A DNA stretch of 52,674 bases from Marmoricola sp. (lineage in GTDB: Bacteria > Actinomycetota > Actinomycetes > Propionibacteriales > Nocardioidaceae), in NCBI GenBank assembly GCA_039921445.1, contig JBDSBU010000171.1:1-52674 (forward strand), written 5' to 3'. The number at the start of each line of letters is the position of its first letter. The first letter of the stretch is position 1. The notes under the pieces are model-generated. The model made no database searches, was not told where the DNA came from, and saw only the letters and a list, made by a program, of their open reading frames with translations. This document shows positions 28,972 through 38,617 of the stretch, one piece after another. The position numbers were made by a program, and so were the translations under genes.

Positions 28972-30048
28972 ATGCGTAGCGCCAAGGACTTCTTCGCCCC
29001 CCTCGCCGTCGGAGCACCCCAGCCCCTCCGCGAGATTCCAGCCCGCCCGTCGAGAGCGATCCACTTCTTCGACCCCGGCAATCCCAAGATGGCCGCCAAG
29101 GTCCCGGACATGGTCGGCAGCACCGATGTCCTGCTCGGCAACCTCGAGGACGCGGTCAAGGCCGAGAACAAGGAGACGGCGCGCGCGGGCCTGGTGAAGA
29201 TCGGCCAGGAGGTCGACTTCGGCCCAACCCAGTTCTGGACCCGGATCAACTCCCTGGACTCTCCTTGGGTGTTGGACGACCTGACCACTCTCGTCGGCGA
29301 GATCGGCGACAAGCTCGATGTGATCATGGTCCCCAAGGTGCAGGGCGCCGAGGACATCCAGTACGTCGACCGGCTGCTCGCCCAGCTCGAGGCCAAGGCC
29401 GGGCTGGAGAAGCCGCTGCTCGTGCACGCGATCCTGGAGACGGCCCGGGGCATGGTCAACATCGAGGAGATCTGCGGCGCCAGCCCGCGGATGCAGGGAC
29501 TCTCGCTCGGGCCTGCTGACCTCGCCGCCGACCGGCGGATGAAGACCACTCGCGTCGGCGGCGGCCACCCGGGCTACCTGGTCCGACAGGACCCAGAGTC
29601 CTCGGACAGCGACGCGATCTCGGCGACGGGACGAACGACGTACCAGCAGGACCTGTGGCACTACACGATCGCGCGGATGGTCGACGCCTGCGCCATGCAC
29701 GGCATCTACCCCTACTACGGACCGTTCGGCGACATCGCCGACACCGTGGCTTGTGAGGACCAGTTCCGCAACGCCTTCCTGCTCGGCTGCGTCGGCGCCT
29801 GGTCACTGCACCCCAAGCAGATCGCGATCGCCAACAAGGTGTTCAGCCCCTCGGTCGAGGACATCACCCATGCCCGACGGGTGATCGCTGCCATGGGCGA
29901 CGGCACCGGCGCGGTGATGCTCGACGGAAAGATGGAGGACGACGCCTCGGTCAAGCAGTGCAAGGTGATGGTCGCGCTGGCCGATGAGCTCGCCGACATC
30001 GACCCCGAGCTGAAGAAGCAGTACGACGCGATCGAGCTGGAGGCCTGA
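28972..30048 (+). CDS. CitE/HpcH family, malyl-CoA/beta-methylmalyl-CoA lyase-like
   Basis: RAIHFFDP, LGNLEDAV, FWTRINSLDSPW, ILETARG, SLGPADLAA, WSLHP. Confidence 0.8.
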   Translation: MRSAKDFFAPLAVGAPQPLREIPARPSRAIHFFDPGNPKMAAKVPDMVGSTDVLLGNLEDAVKAENKETARAGLVKIGQEVDFGPTQFWTRINSLDSPWVLDDLTTLVGEIGDKLDVIMVPKVQGAEDIQYVDRLLAQLEAKAGLEKPLLVHAILETARGMVNIEEICGASPRMQGLSLGPADLAADRRMKTTRVGGGHPGYLVRQDPESSDSDAISATGRTTYQQDLWHYTIARMVDACAMHGIYPYYGPFGDIADTVACEDQFRNAFLLGCVGAWSLHPKQIAIANKVFSPSVEDITHARRVIAAMGDGTGAVMLDGKMEDDASVKQCKVMVALADELADIDPELKKQYDAIELEA

Positions 30049-30052
30049 GCCG

Positions 30053-30925
30053 ATGACCGAAGAGAGCTTCCGGCCACGCCGCTCCGTGCTCTACATGCCC
30101 TCGTCCAACGAGCGTGCCCTGGAGAAGGCCAAGTCGATCCCCTGCGACGCGCTGATCCTGGATCTCGAGGACGCTGTCGCCCCCGACGCCAAGCCCGCCG
30201 CTCGCGAGGCCGCGTGCGCGGCCGTCCGGTCCGCGGACTATGGCCGCCGCGAGCTGACCATCCGAGTCAACGGCGCCGACACCGAGTGGCACGACGCGGA
30301 CATGGCCGCTGCCTGTGCCGCTGGCCCGGACGCGATCGTGGTCCCCAAGGTGAGCAGCGCCGAAGCCGTCCTGCGCCTGGTCGAGGTGATGTCGGCGAAC
30401 GATGCCCCGGAGCACACCTCGCTCTGGGCGATGCTCGAGACACCTTTCGCGATGCTGCACGCCGAGGAGATCGCAGGCGCGAGCGAGCGTCTCACCGTGC
30501 TGGTGATGGGCACCAACGATCTCGCCAAGGAGCTGTACGCCGAGCACGTGCCGGGCCGCCAGCCGCTGCTGACCGGACTCTCACTGGCCCTGCTGGCCGC
30601 TCGCGCCACCGGCAAGGTGATCATCGACGGCGTCTACAACGACGTGAAGAACACCGAGGGCTTCCTGGCCGAGTGCCAGCAGGGCCGGGAGCTGGGCTTC
30701 GACGGCAAGACCCTGATCCACCCCGGCCAGGTCGAGGGTGCCAACGAGGCCTTCGCTCCGTCGGCGAAGGCAGTCCAGGACGCCCGAGGCATCCTGCAGG
30801 CGTGGGAGGACGGCAAGGGGTCCGGTGTGGTCACCTACAACGGCCGGATGGTCGAGAACCTTCACGTCGAGTCGGCGCAACGCACGCTGAGCATGCACGA
30901 GGCGATCCAGGCGCTGCAGTCCTGA
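30053..30925 (+). CDS. CitE-family CoA-ester lyase/thioesterase (Mcl2-like)
   Basis: RPRRSVLYMP, LDLEDAVAP, MGTNDL, DGVYN, GFDGKTLIHP. Confidence 0.82.
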   Translation: MTEESFRPRRSVLYMPSSNERALEKAKSIPCDALILDLEDAVAPDAKPAAREAACAAVRSADYGRRELTIRVNGADTEWHDADMAAACAAGPDAIVVPKVSSAEAVLRLVEVMSANDAPEHTSLWAMLETPFAMLHAEEIAGASERLTVLVMGTNDLAKELYAEHVPGRQPLLTGLSLALLAARATGKVIIDGVYNDVKNTEGFLAECQQGRELGFDGKTLIHPGQVEGANEAFAPSAKAVQDARGILQAWEDGKGSGVVTYNGRMVENLHVESAQRTLSMHEAIQALQS

Positions 30926-30928
30926 GGG

Positions 30929-31114
30929 CTACCTAGCCGCTTTGGCGGGGCAATCGGGGTTGGGGCAGAAGTCGATGGCCGCCATCTCTCCCGCGTTGAA
31001 CTCGGCACGGGTGTCGTTGGTCGGGTCGAAGTCGATCACCGAGTGCTGTAGCCGGGTACCGCACTCCGGGCAGTCAGTCGGCCAGGTCGTCTCGTCCACG
31101 CTCGGCTGGTCCAT
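30929..31114 (-). CDS. 61-aa Zn-ribbon-like protein
   Basis: CPECG ... FCPNPDC; fills the gap between a convergent gene and the upstream gene. Confidence 0.65.
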   Translation of the reverse strand: MDQPSVDETTWPTDCPECGTRLQHSVIDFDPTNDTRAEFNAGEMAAIDFCPNPDCPAKAAR

Positions 31115-31148
31115 ACCGACACCTAACCACAGCGTGACGCGGAGTCGC

Positions 31149-32066
31149 TCAGGCCCGTCGCTCGCAGCGCTCCTCGCGGACCACCTCGGCCAGCAGGTGC
31201 TGATGCCACTCTCGTTCGAGATGCCTCACCCACAGGGCCGGGTCGGTGTGCAGCAGCCGCGTCTGGGCGAGTACGACGACCCGCCAACCCGCTCCCTCGA
31301 GTGCGAGCAGGTCATCGGCCGTGATCTGGTGCGCGAGGGCGGCCCCGAACCGACGCGCCTCGATCCCGAGCGCCAGCCGGACGTGGCGCCGGCCGGTCGA
31401 AACCAGATGTCCCGGCACGGCGGTCGGGAGCTCGGCCTGGTGCCAGTGCAGCCGCAGCTCGGACTCGCCCTGCCCCTCGGCTCGCGCATCGGCCTGTGCG
31501 GCGAGCGTCCGCAGCTGGCCGATCCCGCGATGGCCGGCGAAGCGGGGCAGCTCGGCCAACAGCTGCGTGTGAGCGAAGCTTCCACTCGCCAGGAGCTGGT
31601 CGAGAGTGGCGAGCGCTGCGCCCGGTCGAAGGGTCCGGCCCAGGTCCAGGGCGGTGCGCAGAGGTGTCGTCACAAGGAGGCCATCGACCGTCATCACGTC
31701 GCGAGCGACCAGATGCCTGCCTCCGACGTGAGGGGCCGACCGGCGTCGTGGGCTCAGCACGTCGAAGGGCGGCAGCTTCTCGCCGGGGGTGCAGGCCTCG
31801 ACGCCGTGCAGCCATCCCGCCGTCCGGTCGACGACGAGGGCGTCACGGGCCACGACCAACCGCAGCGCAGCTGCACGCAGGCGGAACGAGTCCGGGGTGA
31901 TCCCGCTGACGTAGACACCACGAAGGACCCGGCGCAGGGTGCCATCGCGCAGCATCCGTTCCAAGGCTGCTCGGCCGATGCCCTCCGTGCGCGCCATGGC
32001 CGGGGTGAACGGCTGGTCGACAGGCAGGATCGAGCTGAGCTGGTCCAGAGGCAGGAGCGCGTTCAT
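31149..32066 (-). CDS. AbiEi-like N-terminal domain with degenerate DUF559/Vsr-like nuclease domain
   Basis: LRRVLRGVYV, VTTPLRTALDL, AEGQGESELRL; the acidic catalytic residues of the C-terminal domain appear lost. ATG 32066 follows a CACTCT -10. Confidence 0.72.
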   Translation of the reverse strand: MNALLPLDQLSSILPVDQPFTPAMARTEGIGRAALERMLRDGTLRRVLRGVYVSGITPDSFRLRAAALRLVVARDALVVDRTAGWLHGVEACTPGEKLPPFDVLSPRRRSAPHVGGRHLVARDVMTVDGLLVTTPLRTALDLGRTLRPGAALATLDQLLASGSFAHTQLLAELPRFAGHRGIGQLRTLAAQADARAEGQGESELRLHWHQAELPTAVPGHLVSTGRRHVRLALGIEARRFGAALAHQITADDLLALEGAGWRVVVLAQTRLLHTDPALWVRHLEREWHQHLLAEVVREERCERRA

Positions 32067-32132
32067 CTCGCCAGAGTGGACCCGGTGGCGCGAACCGTCG
32101 AACGGCAATCCACAGGCTCATCGACAGACAAG

Positions 32133-33275
32133 TCAGCCGAGCGGGATCCATTCGAGACCGTCGTCGCTCACCTCGAGCTCTGACCACGAGTCGGCGACAC
32201 CGCACCATCGGTCGCCGCACCGGACCACCCAGCCGTCACTGTTGCCTCCCGGGGGCAGCACAGGTTGCCAGCGCCGCTGTCCTGCCTCGAGGTGATAGGT
32301 CGGCGCCGAGCGTCCCCCGAGCACCAGGCCGCCATCTCGCAGGATCTCCAGCCCGGAGAGGGATGACCGTCGCCGCACACCCGCCAGACCCACTGAGCGC
32401 CAGCCTCCTCCAGGGGGGCGCACCACCACGTCGGTCGGAATGTCCATGTTCCCTTGACTCGCGCGCAGCAGCACGCTCGCAACCGAGCCGTCCCGGACTG
32501 CAATGGACTGGATGTCGAAGGGGTGGGCCGGCGGCGGCCCCACGTTCGCGAAGGGCCGCCCGAGGATCGAGCGCTGGAGGGTCAACCCCTCGGAGAGTCC
32601 CCAGAGGGTCCCGGCCCGGTCGAGCCCGAGCCACGGCGTCGTGCTCGGCACCAACGAGCGCCTCAGCCCGAAGGCCTCCTCACCCCTGAGCAGCACGGGG
32701 GCCTCGGTGAACTCGGCCAGCAGGAGGTCCCCGGCGCGCGGCCCGCTGCGCCTCTCCACTGTGACCCGGTGGGTTGCGCCCGACGGATCCAGCGTCGTCA
32801 CGGTCTCGAGGTCCTGCTCGAAGAGCACCCACGCAAACCCGTCGTCACGCGCACCGATATCGGCTCCGGCCGTGGTCTCCTCAGACCTGCTGACGATGCC
32901 GCGCGCTGTCTCCCTGCCCGATGGTTCGAGAAGCTGCCAGGCCACCGCCTCGGGGCCTTCGCCGCCGTCAGCCGCCGCACGATGGGTGACGAGCAGCCGC
33001 CCGGTCCCGTCGACCACGACGCCGTCGACCTGACCGTGGTCGATCACGTCGTCGGCCGTCGCTCCCGGATCGTCGGCGACATCCCCGGCGCGCTCGAGCA
33101 GGTCCCGGAAGTCACTCTGCGTCACCGACGAAGGTTCGCGCGCCTCGGTGGAACACGCCGCGACGAGAGCCAGAATCAGTGCCACGGTGAGCGCTGTCGC
33201 GGTTCGCGCAAGTCGACCGACTGGAACGGCTGGGTCGGCTGGGTCGGCTGGGTCGAACTCACCGGCAGAGGTCAT
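32133..33275 (-). CDS. Putative lipoprotein, beta-rich
   Basis: Hydrophobic stretch ending LVAAC (lipobox); start could also be 33299. Confidence 0.6.
   Translation of the reverse strand: MTSAGEFDPADPADPAVPVGRLARTATALTVALILALVAACSTEAREPSSVTQSDFRDLLERAGDVADDPGATADDVIDHGQVDGVVVDGTGRLLVTHRAAADGGEGPEAVAWQLLEPSGRETARGIVSRSEETTAGADIGARDDGFAWVLFEQDLETVTTLDPSGATHRVTVERRSGPRAGDLLLAEFTEAPVLLRGEEAFGLRRSLVPSTTPWLGLDRAGTLWGLSEGLTLQRSILGRPFANVGPPPAHPFDIQSIAVRDGSVASVLLRASQGNMDIPTDVVVRPPGGGWRSVGLAGVRRRSSLSGLEILRDGGLVLGGRSAPTYHLEAGQRRWQPVLPPGGNSDGWVVRCGDRWCGVADSWSELEVSDDGLEWIPLG
33228..33254. repeat. 9-bp tandem repeat x3 (DPA x3)
   Basis: GGCTGGGTC three times, in-frame in the lipoprotein N-terminus. Confidence 0.8.
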
Positions 33276-33295
33276 GGCGACAACCTGCCAAGAAA

Positions 33296-33976
33296 TCATT
33301 CGGGGCGGGTGTAGGCACCCCGGTGGAACAGCAACGGTGCGACGTCGTCCACGTCGACGGCGCGCTCGTCACCGAGGGCGAGCTGCCTGACCCTGCCCAC
33401 GACGATGTAGTGGTCACCGGCTTCGTGCACGGTCTCGACCGTGCAGTCGACGTACCCCAGCACGCCCTCGAGCAGGGGAGCTCCGGTCTCCGCCGGCTGC
33501 CACCGCACGTCCTCGAACTTGTCGGCGCCCTTGCTGGCCATCGCGTTGGAGACCTCGCGCTGTCCCTCGCTGAGGAAGTTGACGCAGAAGAACCCTGCGG
33601 CACGCATCAGAGGCCACGCCCGTGAGGTCTTCGCGGGGCAGAACATCACCAGCGGCGGGTCGAGCGAGACACTGGAGAACGACTGGCAGGTCATGCCCAC
33701 GGGCTCGCCGCCGGAGATCGACGTGACCACGGTGACGCCGGTGCAGAACAGGCCGAGCACATCGCGGAACTGCCGCGCCCGAGCCACGGCCTCGGGGTCG
33801 TCCTGCGAGATCGTGGTGTGCTCGCCGAGCCTCAGCTCGAGGTCGAAACGGGTGCCGAGGAAGGAGTCGATCAGCTCCTGGCTCGGCCAGGTCTCGCGAG
33901 CATCAGCGCTCATGCCGTCGGGAATCTCCGGGAAGGGTCCGGGGGAAGACATGGGTGCAGTCTTACCAGTCGTCAT
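33296..33976 (-). CDS. hsaB: Flavin reductase HsaB with N-terminal extension (start 33976 or 33952)
   Basis: FRDVLGLFCTGVTVVT, GMTCQSFSSVSLDPPLV, AGDH; last gene of hsaADCB. Confidence 0.85.
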   Translation of the reverse strand: MTTGKTAPMSSPGPFPEIPDGMSADARETWPSQELIDSFLGTRFDLELRLGEHTTISQDDPEAVARARQFRDVLGLFCTGVTVVTSISGGEPVGMTCQSFSSVSLDPPLVMFCPAKTSRAWPLMRAAGFFCVNFLSEGQREVSNAMASKGADKFEDVRWQPAETGAPLLEGVLGYVDCTVETVHEAGDHYIVVGRVRQLALGDERAVDVDDVAPLLFHRGAYTRPE

Positions 33977-33987
33977 CGGGTCCGGAC

Positions 33988-34884
33988 TCACTGGCCGCCG
34001 AACACGTGACCCCAGTAGGAGACTGCTGTGCTCTCCCGAGCGACCCAACGGGCGTCGTCGACCTGGAGCCCCTCGGTGCCGAACTCGAAGTCGAAGCCGG
34101 CCGGTGACTTGACGTAGAAGGAGACCATCTGGTCGTTCATGTGGCGTCCCAGGGTCGCCGACAGCGGCGCCTTGTGCTTGCGGACCCGCTCCAGGGCGCG
34201 ACCGACGTCATCGAGGGCATCGACCTCGAGCATGATGTGCACGCACTTGCTCGGATTCGGCATCGGAAGGAACGCCAGGCTGTGGTGCCGGGGGTTCACC
34301 CCGAGGAACCGCAGCCACACCTTCGAGCCAGGTTCCTTGCCGACGAACTCCCCCGGCATGCTCATCGAGTCCCGCAGGCGGAAGCCGAGGACCTCGTTGT
34401 AGAACCGGAGCGCATCGACGTCGTCGGATACCGGGATCACGACGTGCCCCATCCCCTGGTCGCCGGTCACGAACCTCGCGCCGTACGGCGTGACGATCGG
34501 CCGGGCCTCGTAGGTGATGCCGTGGAAGAGCTCGAAGACGTTGTCGAAGGGGTCCGTGAACCGCACCAGCTCCTGTACCCGCCGCTCGGCGAGCTCCTCG
34601 GCGCTGCCCTCCGCGAACTCGACCCCGGCGGCCGCGAGGTGTGCGCGCGCGGCCTGCAGCGCGACGTGGTCTGCCAGCTCCCAGCCGATGCAGGAGAGCT
34701 CGTCGGTCTCGGCGGGAAAGACGACCAGGCGGGCAGAGACCTCGTCGATGCGGTAGTAGAGGTGCTCGGGATTCGGCCCCCGACCCTCGGCCAGACCCAG
34801 CACCTTGCCTGCGAAGGTCTTCCAGGCCTCGAGGTCAGTGCTCGCAACCCGCGCGTAGCCCATGCTCCTGATGTCGATGGTCAT
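33988..34884 (-). CDS. hsaC: Extradiol dioxygenase HsaC
   Basis: IRSMGY, DQGMGHVV, NPRHHSLAF, HIMLEV, LGRHMND, SFYVKSPAGFDFEFG. Confidence 0.92.
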   Translation of the reverse strand: MTIDIRSMGYARVASTDLEAWKTFAGKVLGLAEGRGPNPEHLYYRIDEVSARLVVFPAETDELSCIGWELADHVALQAARAHLAAAGVEFAEGSAEELAERRVQELVRFTDPFDNVFELFHGITYEARPIVTPYGARFVTGDQGMGHVVIPVSDDVDALRFYNEVLGFRLRDSMSMPGEFVGKEPGSKVWLRFLGVNPRHHSLAFLPMPNPSKCVHIMLEVDALDDVGRALERVRKHKAPLSATLGRHMNDQMVSFYVKSPAGFDFEFGTEGLQVDDARWVARESTAVSYWGHVFGGQ

Positions 34885-35804
34885 CGGCCGGTCCCCTCGG
34901 GGCTCGTCTGCCGCTCGCGCTCGACGTGTCGTCCCAAGAACGCGGTCGCCACCTCGCGGAACTCCTCGGCGGCCTCGACCTGGGCCCAGTGGCCGCAGTT
35001 GGGGAACACGTGCAGGGTCGCCTTGGGGATCAGCTTCAACGCGACCATGGCACCGTCGAGCGGGTTCACCCGGTCCTCGCGGCCCCAGGTGAGCAACGTG
35101 TGCTGGCGCAGCCGGTGTGCCTCGCGCCAGAGCATGCCGTCCTCGAAGGTGTCCGGATTCCAGAACGATGCGCCCATCGAGGCCAGGGCCTCCCGGGCCC
35201 CGGGTGCAGTCGCGTCGGCGAACCGCTCCTCGACAAGCTCGTCGGTGACCAGCGACTGGTTGACCACCATCGTGGAGATGAATGCGCGCAACGCCTCACG
35301 GGACGGTTCGGCGGCGAAGTCCATCAGCCGTTGTACGCCTTGGGTGGGGTCGGCGTGGAACAGGTTCAGCGATGCGCCACCGGGCCCCATCAGCACCAAC
35401 CGACCGACCCGCTTGGGGTGCTCGAGCGCCAGCCGCATCGCCGTACCGCCGCCGAGGCTGTTGCCCAGGAGGTGCACCCGGTCGATGCCGAGCTCGTCCA
35501 GCAGCGCCACGACGTGGGCAGCGGCGAAGCGGAAGTAGTTGCCGACCACCTCGGGCTTGTCGGAGGCCCCGAACCCGGGCTGGTCCACGAGCAGCGTGCG
35601 GAAGTTCTCGGCAAATCCCGGCAGCGCGGAGCCGAAGTTGCTCCACGCCGAAGCGCCAGGACCGCCGCCGTGGAGCATCACCAGCGGAAGGCCACCGCCG
35701 AAGCCCGTCGGCTCGCCGGCCTCGTGGTAGTTCAGCGTGATGGCACCTGCTCCGACATCGACCTTGGCCGAGCGGCGAGTGGCTTCCTTGCTGAAGTCGG
35801 TCAC
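34881..35804 (-). CDS. hsaD: meta-cleavage product hydrolase HsaD
   Basis: HGGGPGASAWSNF, GNSLGG, WGREDRVNPLDG, CGHWAQVE. Confidence 0.92.
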   Translation of the reverse strand: MTDFSKEATRRSAKVDVGAGAITLNYHEAGEPTGFGGGLPLVMLHGGGPGASAWSNFGSALPGFAENFRTLLVDQPGFGASDKPEVVGNYFRFAAAHVVALLDELGIDRVHLLGNSLGGGTAMRLALEHPKRVGRLVLMGPGGASLNLFHADPTQGVQRLMDFAAEPSREALRAFISTMVVNQSLVTDELVEERFADATAPGAREALASMGASFWNPDTFEDGMLWREAHRLRQHTLLTWGREDRVNPLDGAMVALKLIPKATLHVFPNCGHWAQVEAAEEFREVATAFLGRHVERERQTSPEGTGR

Positions 35805-36971
35805 TCAGTACATCCCCGGGTCGACCTTGTGCCCGAACTCGTGGGCACCGAACATCTGCAGCGCACGCTCGGGGTCGTTGGCTGCGTGCACGCGCCCGGC
35901 GTGGGCATCGCGCCAGGCTCGCTGGAGGTAGGTGCCGTTGGCCAGCGCCCGGCCGCCTGAGGCCTCGAACAGCGCATCGATCGCGTCGATCGCGCGCTGG
36001 GAGCCGATCACCTGGTCCCGACGTACCTTCAGGCGAGTGCCGAGGGGGATCTTCTCGCCCTTGGCAACGAATGACTGCTCTTCGCGGATGTTGTTGACCA
36101 GCAACGCCCAGGCCGCGTCGATCTCGCTCGAGGCGCGTGCGATCCGGACCGCGGCGAAGGGATCGAGCGAAGCCTTCTCCCCGATGTAGGAGGCGCGGGT
36201 GCGCTTGCGCTGCATCTCCACGTGCTCGTCGTAGGCACCCATGGCCATCCCGATGATCGGGGTGGTGATCGTGCCGGTGAAGATCGAGTGGAAGGGGAGC
36301 TTGTATAGGTCCGAGGTGTTCAGCTCCTGCCCCGGCCCGAAGCAGCGTCCGGTGTCACCCATGGAGAGGGTGAACGCTTCCGGGATGAACACGTCGTTCA
36401 CCACGATGTCATTGGACCCGGTGCCGCGCAGACCGACCATGTCCCAGACGTCGATGATCTCGTAGTCGCTGCGCGGAACCATAAACGTGCGGAAGTCGAC
36501 GACCTGCCCCTCGGCGTTGAAGACCAGCCCGCCGAGCAGCACCCACTGGCAGTGGTCGCAGCCGGAGGAGAAGCTCCACTTGCCGGACAGCTTGAAGCCG
36601 CCGTCGGTCTGGATCGCCTTCCCCGTCGGGGCGTACGACGAGCTCAACCTGGTGCTGGTGTCCGAACCCCAGACAGCCTGCTGCGCCTCGTCGGTGAAGA
36701 GCGCGACCTGCCACGGGTGCACACCCACCACGCTGGAGACCCAGCCCGTGGAGCCGCACGCGCTCGCGATGTCGCGCACGGCGGTGTAGAAGTCGATCGG
36801 GTCCGACTCCAGCCCGTCGAAGCGCTTGGGCTGAAGCAGCCGGAAGAAGCCGGTCTCCTCGAGCTCCTTGATCGAAGCCTCCGGGACCACACGCAGCCGC
36901 TCTGCCTCATCCGCACGCTCGCGCAAGGTGGGCAGCAGGTCACGGACGCCGTCCAGAACTGCCTGGCTCAT
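35805..36971 (-). CDS. hsaA: 3-HSA monooxygenase oxygenase subunit HsaA
   Basis: ACGSTGWV, SSSYAP, WSFSSGCDH, GLRGTGSN, WRDAHAGRVHAAN; AGAGGAG RBS. Confidence 0.92.
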   Translation of the reverse strand: MSQAVLDGVRDLLPTLRERADEAERLRVVPEASIKELEETGFFRLLQPKRFDGLESDPIDFYTAVRDIASACGSTGWVSSVVGVHPWQVALFTDEAQQAVWGSDTSTRLSSSYAPTGKAIQTDGGFKLSGKWSFSSGCDHCQWVLLGGLVFNAEGQVVDFRTFMVPRSDYEIIDVWDMVGLRGTGSNDIVVNDVFIPEAFTLSMGDTGRCFGPGQELNTSDLYKLPFHSIFTGTITTPIIGMAMGAYDEHVEMQRKRTRASYIGEKASLDPFAAVRIARASSEIDAAWALLVNNIREEQSFVAKGEKIPLGTRLKVRRDQVIGSQRAIDAIDALFEASGGRALANGTYLQRAWRDAHAGRVHAANDPERALQMFGAHEFGHKVDPGMY

Positions 36972-37013
36972 GGGTACTCCTCTGAGGTGGTGGTCTCGCT
37001 CGCCAACCAATAC

Positions 37014-37027
37014 TAGAACACGTTCTA
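37014..37027. promoter_or_regulatory. KstR operator (hsaA)
   Basis: TAGAACACGTTCTA within the palindrome CTAGAAC-AC-GTTCTAG. Confidence 0.9.
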
Positions 37028-37083
37028 GATTATTCCAACGGTGTCTCGTGCGCGTCTACGGATGCGGGCCTACGCTGCGAGGC

Positions 37084-37707
37084 ATGTCAGAGATGTGGAG
37101 CACGATCGCCGCCGAACGCGGCGCCCTGGCCGAGGACCTGGTCACCCTCAGTGACCACGAATGGAATGCCAGCGCCCTGTGCTCGGACTGGTCGGTGCGG
37201 GACACGCTGGCGCACATGACCAGCACTGCGACCATGACCCCGTTGAAGTTCTTCACCGGCTTCCTCGGAGCCGGCTTCAACTTCGCCAAGTTCGTCGCCG
37301 CGGGGGTCGAGCGTCACCGCGGGGGCTCGCCCGCCGAGACACTGGCGAACTTTCAGGCCCAGCAGCACTCCACCTCCTCCCCTCCCGGCCCGAAGCTGTC
37401 GTGGCTGGGCGAGACGCTCGTCCATGCCGAAGACATCCGTCGACCGCTCGGGATCAAGCATGACTACCCCACGGACGCGCTCGTCTCCGTCCTGAACTTC
37501 TACAAGGGCTCCGACGCCCTGATCGGCACGAAGACCCGAATCGCAGGCCTTCGCCTGGAGGCCACCGACACCGACTGGTCGCACGGGTCCGGTCCCACCG
37601 TCCGCGGGCCGATGCTCTCCCTGCTGCTCGCGGCCACCGGCCGCGCCGCGGGCGTGAAGGACCTCACCGGGGAAGGCACCGAGACCCTCCGCTCCCGCTG
37701 CCAGTAG
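37084..37707 (+). CDS. Mycothiol-dependent maleylpyruvate isomerase (MDMPI/DinB) family protein
   Basis: ALCSDWSVRDTLAH, ETLVHAEDIRRPLG, LRLEATD. Confidence 0.8.
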   Translation: MSEMWSTIAAERGALAEDLVTLSDHEWNASALCSDWSVRDTLAHMTSTATMTPLKFFTGFLGAGFNFAKFVAAGVERHRGGSPAETLANFQAQQHSTSSPPGPKLSWLGETLVHAEDIRRPLGIKHDYPTDALVSVLNFYKGSDALIGTKTRIAGLRLEATDTDWSHGSGPTVRGPMLSLLLAATGRAAGVKDLTGEGTETLRSRCQ

Positions 37708-37714
37708 GGACGAC

Positions 37715-38617
37715 TCACGCCGACCGGCGTTGCCCCGCTGGATGCGTCCTCAAGGCACCCTCCCACCGGGCAACGCCGGTCCTTGCGCACTGCAGGGTGT
37801 CGCACACCTCCTGAGGGCGGAGGAAGACCTGCTCCCACGAGAACCGCAGCAGGGTGAGCCCGATCAACACCAGGTCGTTGTACTTGCGACAGTCCCGGGT
37901 CAGCTGGTCCCGACGGCCGTGCCAGGTGAACGACTCCGCCTCCACAGCGAGCCCGCGCCGGTCGTCGAGCAGATCGGGCCGGACCCAGCCATGACCGGTG
38001 TGGATCCAGGCCTGGGGTTCGACATCCAGCCCGGCATCGAGGGCGTGCGCACGCAGCGCCGACTCGAAGGGGTTGGCTGCTCGGCCGTCGCACGTGCGCG
38101 CCACTCGCAGCCGTCGTGCCCTTCCGCGCAGCGGCGAGGCCGCGGCGGCCAGCGTCAGCTCGTACCGAGCGACCTCGGCGTGCCTGATCGCGGAATCCGC
38201 GATCGCCAGCGCCTCAGCGTACGGCAGGGTGGTGGCGCAGTCAAGCACGGTGCGCACGGCACTGGTGACGCCCGGGGCCACCACGTCACTCTCCGGCAGC
38301 GCACGGAAGGAGAACCGGACGCCCTTGCGCCCACGGGGCTTGCGATCGCGCGGCACGGTGACGACCGCCGTCTCCGGCACCCGCACGCTCTCCCATCCCC
38401 ACCACGCTGCAGCACTCTCATGGGAGAGCACTCCGAGGCACCCGTGCGCCGCCCGCAGACCCGCCTCCACGTGAGGCAACGCGTAGCGCCCGCGCCCGGT
38501 TCGGACGATCACAGCGGCACCCACCGCCTCGGCCACCGCTGCCCGGCCGCACGCGGACACCAGCGGTCGCGCCGCCGACAGCCCTCCCATGCGCCGCAGG
38601 TACTCCACTGGATCCAT
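37715..38617 (-). CDS. AbiEi-like/DUF559 (Vsr-like endonuclease) protein
   Basis: GVLSHESAA, VTSAVRTVLDCA, AANPFESALR, VRPDL...LAVEAESFTWH, LLRFSWEQV. Confidence 0.8.
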   Translation of the reverse strand: MDPVEYLRRMGGLSAARPLVSACGRAAVAEAVGAAVIVRTGRGRYALPHVEAGLRAAHGCLGVLSHESAAAWWGWESVRVPETAVVTVPRDRKPRGRKGVRFSFRALPESDVVAPGVTSAVRTVLDCATTLPYAEALAIADSAIRHAEVARYELTLAAAASPLRGRARRLRVARTCDGRAANPFESALRAHALDAGLDVEPQAWIHTGHGWVRPDLLDDRRGLAVEAESFTWHGRRDQLTRDCRKYNDLVLIGLTLLRFSWEQVFLRPQEVCDTLQCARTGVARWEGALRTHPAGQRRSA

